A stretch of 64,000 nt of DNA from Candidatus Omnitrophota bacterium (GTDB lineage Bacteria; Omnitrophota; Gorgyraeia; Gorgyraeales; Gorgyraeaceae). Positions 61,265 to 64,000 of the stretch are shown here, piece by piece; the stretch's first letter is position 1; every line of letters begins with the position of its first letter. The translations under genes were made by a program, and so were the position numbers. Under the pieces are notes generated by a model. That model saw only the letters and a list, made by a program, of their open reading frames with translations, was not told the origin of the DNA and made no database searches. The stretch lies in NCBI GenBank assembly GCA_043814965.1, contig JBDRJN010000003.1, positions 68,564 to 132,563 on the forward strand, given 5' to 3'.

Positions 61265-61783
61265 TCAATACTCTATCCCTTTGCGCGCTATTTGTTTCTT
61301 CTTAAAAGGGTGTTTCTTTTCTACCATCACTGTCACATAATCAGAAAAGGCTTCTATATTGGATATATCGCCCCTGCCCGTCAGGACAAGCTCCATTTGT
61401 TTGGGCATTTTTTTAATGAACTTCAGGAATCTTTCTATATCAAGGAAACCTTGATCCAGCACATTTATGATCTCATCCAATATCACCATGTCATACTTAT
61501 TGCTAAATGCAGCTTTTTCGACTTTTTTAAAATCCTCATCAACCTCAGATCTAAGCTCTTCAATTTTGACTGGTTTCCCTTGGAATATAGGATGTATTTG
61601 TTTAAACTTCACTAGCTCTATACCCTCTATCCCCCTAAGGAGTTTTTCTTCCCCTGTCTCAATAGAATCTGGTTTTAGAAATTGGAATATAGCTACCTTG
61701 AGCCCCTGGCCTCTAGCCCTTACTGCTAAGCCAATACTGCAAGTAGTCTTTCCTTTTGCATTCCCTGTATAGATATGTATCAT
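61265..61783 (-). CDS. cobO: Cob(I)alamin adenosyltransferase (CobO/BtuR)
   Basis: IHIYTGNAKGKTT, QFLK, ILDEI, LTGR, ARKGIEY. Start moved to ATG 61783. Confidence 0.93.
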   Translation of the reverse strand: MIHIYTGNAKGKTTCSIGLAVRARGQGLKVAIFQFLKPDSIETGEEKLLRGIEGIELVKFKQIHPIFQGKPVKIEELRSEVDEDFKKVEKAAFSNKYDMVILDEIINVLDQGFLDIERFLKFIKKMPKQMELVLTGRGDISNIEAFSDYVTVMVEKKHPFKKKQIARKGIEY

Positions 61784-61798
61784 GATTTTAATCTTACA

Positions 61799-61882
61799 GC
61801 GGGTCCTGTCCGCCAATTTACCCCATTAGTGCTCGGCATTAGCCTGCGCGCTAATGGGGTCCCCAAATTGCCGGCCACCCGC
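61799..61882. repeat. Nested GC-rich hairpin element upstream of cobO
   Basis: Inner accccattag/ctaatggggt; outer caattt/aaattg and gcgggt/acccgc. Confidence 0.6.
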
Positions 61883-61927
61883 CTTAACTTCTTTTATTTA
61901 GTAATCGCTTATCGCTAGCAAGTAACA

Positions 61928-62093
61928 AGTTCTCGATTGGGTAGGCCTGAAAAAAGCCTTTTTGTTTTGCGCAATTAATAAATCCTGCATTACCATAGCG
62001 TCGGCCTGTCAAAACAAAACGGAGCAAAGCCCAACTTTACAAAATACTTACTCTGGCGTAGCGTCTTTTTGAAGGTCTACCCGGTCGAGAACT
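61928..62093. repeat. Structured dispersed repeat, copy C
   Basis: Closing stem agttctcgattgggtag/ctacccggtcgagaact; colinear with 49494-49660. Confidence 0.88.
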
Positions 62094-62102
62094 AATAAAT
62101 CG

Positions 62103-62597
62103 TTAAAAAGCAGCCCTGCTTACTAATGTAACTATAGCCACGATTGTCGCTGCTATCAAGACACCGCCTACAGCTGCAATAAAAGTCGGTAAAAATCTCA
62201 TGCGTAAAAGACTGGCTATAAAACACCCTGTCCAGACTCCTGTACCAGGTAAAGGTATACCTATAAAAAGCATAAGGCCTATCGCCTCGTATTTTTCGAT
62301 GAGGCCAGCCTTCTTTTTTGCCCTTGCAAAAAGCCAGTCAAAAAACCTCTTCATGATAGGTGTCTTAGACAATCTTTTGGATATTGGTTCAAGAAAAAAA
62401 TATATCGGGGCAATAGGAAGCATATTCCCTATTATTGAAAAGAACACCGCGCTCTTAATGCTTTCCTTTAATACTACGATACCTATAGGAATAGATGCCC
62501 TAAGCTCCGTGACAGGTAGTGTAGCCAAGAACAATATCAATGTCTTAGGGTTCCATCCAAACGAGGACAAAAGATCAATTATCTTATGCTGTATCAT
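62103..62597 (-). CDS. COG2426 small multidrug-export-like membrane protein
   Basis: LPVTELRASIP, FIGIPLPGTGVWTG. Confidence 0.88.
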   Translation of the reverse strand: MIQHKIIDLLSSFGWNPKTLILFLATLPVTELRASIPIGIVVLKESIKSAVFFSIIGNMLPIAPIYFFLEPISKRLSKTPIMKRFFDWLFARAKKKAGLIEKYEAIGLMLFIGIPLPGTGVWTGCFIASLLRMRFLPTFIAAVGGVLIAATIVAIVTLVSRAAF

Positions 62598-63255
62598 CTA
62601 TGCTCCATCCATGTTTTCCGACTAAAGGCACAAAACTGCACCCGCAAAGAACTTCCTTTGATATATTGCCATTTTCTGACTTTTTTAAAACAATCATTTC
62701 CTGGCTAAGCCTGGATCCTATAGGCGCGGCCAATATACCTCCCAATGCAAGCTGTTCTAAAAGAGGCTCTGGCACTTTAGGAGACGCGGCTGTTAAGATT
62801 ATCTTATTAAAAGGCGCTTCTTCCTGCCATCCGAGGCTGCCATCGCCAGTTTTAAAATATATATTTTTATACCCTAACTTACTCAAAATATCGCTGGCCC
62901 TATCCGTCAAGGCTTCAAAACGATCTATTGTATAGACAGTTTTTGAGGATTCAGCCAATATAGCTGTCTGATATCCCGAACCCGTGCCGATCTCAAGTAC
63001 TTTGTCTTTTTTATCAAGTCCCAAAGCCTGGGTCATAAGAGCTACTATATAAGGCTGAGATATTGTCTGGCCTTTATCTATTGAGAGTGGGGTATCGCTA
63101 TAAGCAAATTCCAGCTTAGAAGGCTCTATAAATCTATGGCGAGGGACTTTTTTGAATACCTCCAAGACTGACCTATCCTTTATATCTCTGCGAGCCAACT
63201 GCTCTTTTACCATCTTATCCCGTAAAAGATCAAGGCTTTCTTCGGAATAGTTCAT
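62584..63255 (-). CDS. pcm: Protein-L-isoaspartate O-methyltransferase
   Basis: VPRHRF, QTISQP, VLEIGTGSGYQ, FVPL. Confidence 0.96.
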   Translation of the reverse strand: MNYSEESLDLLRDKMVKEQLARRDIKDRSVLEVFKKVPRHRFIEPSKLEFAYSDTPLSIDKGQTISQPYIVALMTQALGLDKKDKVLEIGTGSGYQTAILAESSKTVYTIDRFEALTDRASDILSKLGYKNIYFKTGDGSLGWQEEAPFNKIILTAASPKVPEPLLEQLALGGILAAPIGSRLSQEMIVLKKSENGNISKEVLCGCSFVPLVGKHGWSIDDTA

Positions 63256-63910
63256 GAACTATGAATTTTATAAATCTAATAGTGTCAAAAAACGGGTTTA
63301 TCTGGCTGAATTCTTCTCCATAAATAGAATCTATATTTATTGACGATATCTTTAGGCCGTGCCTTTTTGCTTCCAGGAGCATCTCGGATTCTATCTCGTA
63401 TTTACTTGTCCTCAGGTCCATATTCTCGATGGCCTTTTTCGAGATCAATCTATAACCGCATTGCGAATCCTGGACTTTTTCTCCAAGCATAGTTGAGACG
63501 ACAAAAGACATAAAACGATTTGTAAGGCGCCTTACGAAAGGCATCTTTTTGGGATTATGCATCCTATCTCCCACTACTATATCAGCACTGCTCTTTTCGT
63601 ACTCACCTATAAAACTTCCTATCTCTCTCATATCATGCTGGCCGTCACCGTCCATAGTTATCGCCACTTCACACCCATTTTTTAATGCATAATCTATACC
63701 TTCCCTGATACATCTCCCTTTTCCGGCATTCTTTTCATGCACTATGATATCCGCGCCATATTTGTTAGCGTCTATTATGGTATGGTCCTTTGAGCCATCG
63801 TCCACTACTACTACCCTAAAACCTTTTTTAACAAGGTTTCCGACTATATAACCTATTGTCTTGGCCTCATTGTACGTAGGTATAACTATAAAAACATTAT
63901 CATTGCTCAT
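63230..63910 (-). CDS. Glycosyltransferase family 2 (DPM1-like)
   Basis: VIPTYNE, VDDGSKD, MDGDGQH, DSQCGYR. Start set at ATG 63910 (ATGA overlap). Confidence 0.92.
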   Translation of the reverse strand: MSNDNVFIVIPTYNEAKTIGYIVGNLVKKGFRVVVVDDGSKDHTIIDANKYGADIIVHEKNAGKGRCIREGIDYALKNGCEVAITMDGDGQHDMREIGSFIGEYEKSSADIVVGDRMHNPKKMPFVRRLTNRFMSFVVSTMLGEKVQDSQCGYRLISKKAIENMDLRTSKYEIESEMLLEAKRHGLKISSINIDSIYGEEFSQINPFFDTIRFIKFIVHELFRRKP

Positions 63911-64000
63911 AGTATCTTTAAGCCCTCTATCTTTTCCCAAAACCTTCTGAATACAAGCCACTGATCAGGGTACAGCCTTATATACTTCTCCATGACCGAG
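63907..64000 (-). CDS. C-terminus of an LpxL/HtrB-family lipid acyltransferase (partial)
   Basis: Translated by hand: SVMEKYIRLYPDQWLVFRRFWEKIEGLKIL*, matching the family E..IR..P.QW motif. Confidence 0.75.
   Translation of the reverse strand, partial: SVMEKYIRLYPDQWLVFRRFWEKIEGLKIL

Overview
A 64-kb core-genome segment of a diderm bacterium. Gene order and protein types suggest Candidatus Omnitrophota (PVC-related), but this is inference only. Every supported gene lies on the minus strand, and the + strand ORFs are shadows. In transcription order: an LpxL-like acyltransferase (partial), GT2, pcm, COG2426, a cobinamide/B12 salvage cluster (cobO, btuFCD, cobC, cobU, cobT, cobS, DUF71, btuB, tonB) with two cobalamin riboswitches, CIRCE-groESL, a MoxR/DUF58/membrane-protein trio, guaB, dnaE, HU, hisS, aspS, LysM, phoH-HD-ybeY-dgkA-DUF502-recO-glyQS-ppdK, a group-2-like sigma70, apt, nadD, an unannotated 48-aa Zn-ribbon protein, rsfS, GAF-HD-GYP, argS, a minimal mfd, surA-pdxA-rsmA, gatCAB, ctpA, tsaD, mgtC, a bactofilin-HTH fusion plus a membrane-anchored HTH, larB, GT2, PilZ, a propeller/TolC-half protein, TPR, polA and the start of coaE. 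I saw no rRNA, tRNA, CRISPR array, transposase or prophage. The least explained signals are: (1) a dispersed ~160-210-nt structured repeat family (5 copies, both orientations, compensatory base changes, some carrying GTAG-REP hairpins); (2) AT-rich 7-periodic inverted repeats and heptamer arrays, two of them translated inside tsaD and argS; (3) a B12 riboswitch with two extra hairpins in its core; (4) the bactofilin-HTH / HTH-TM pair; (5) domain-minimised Mfd and AspRS.
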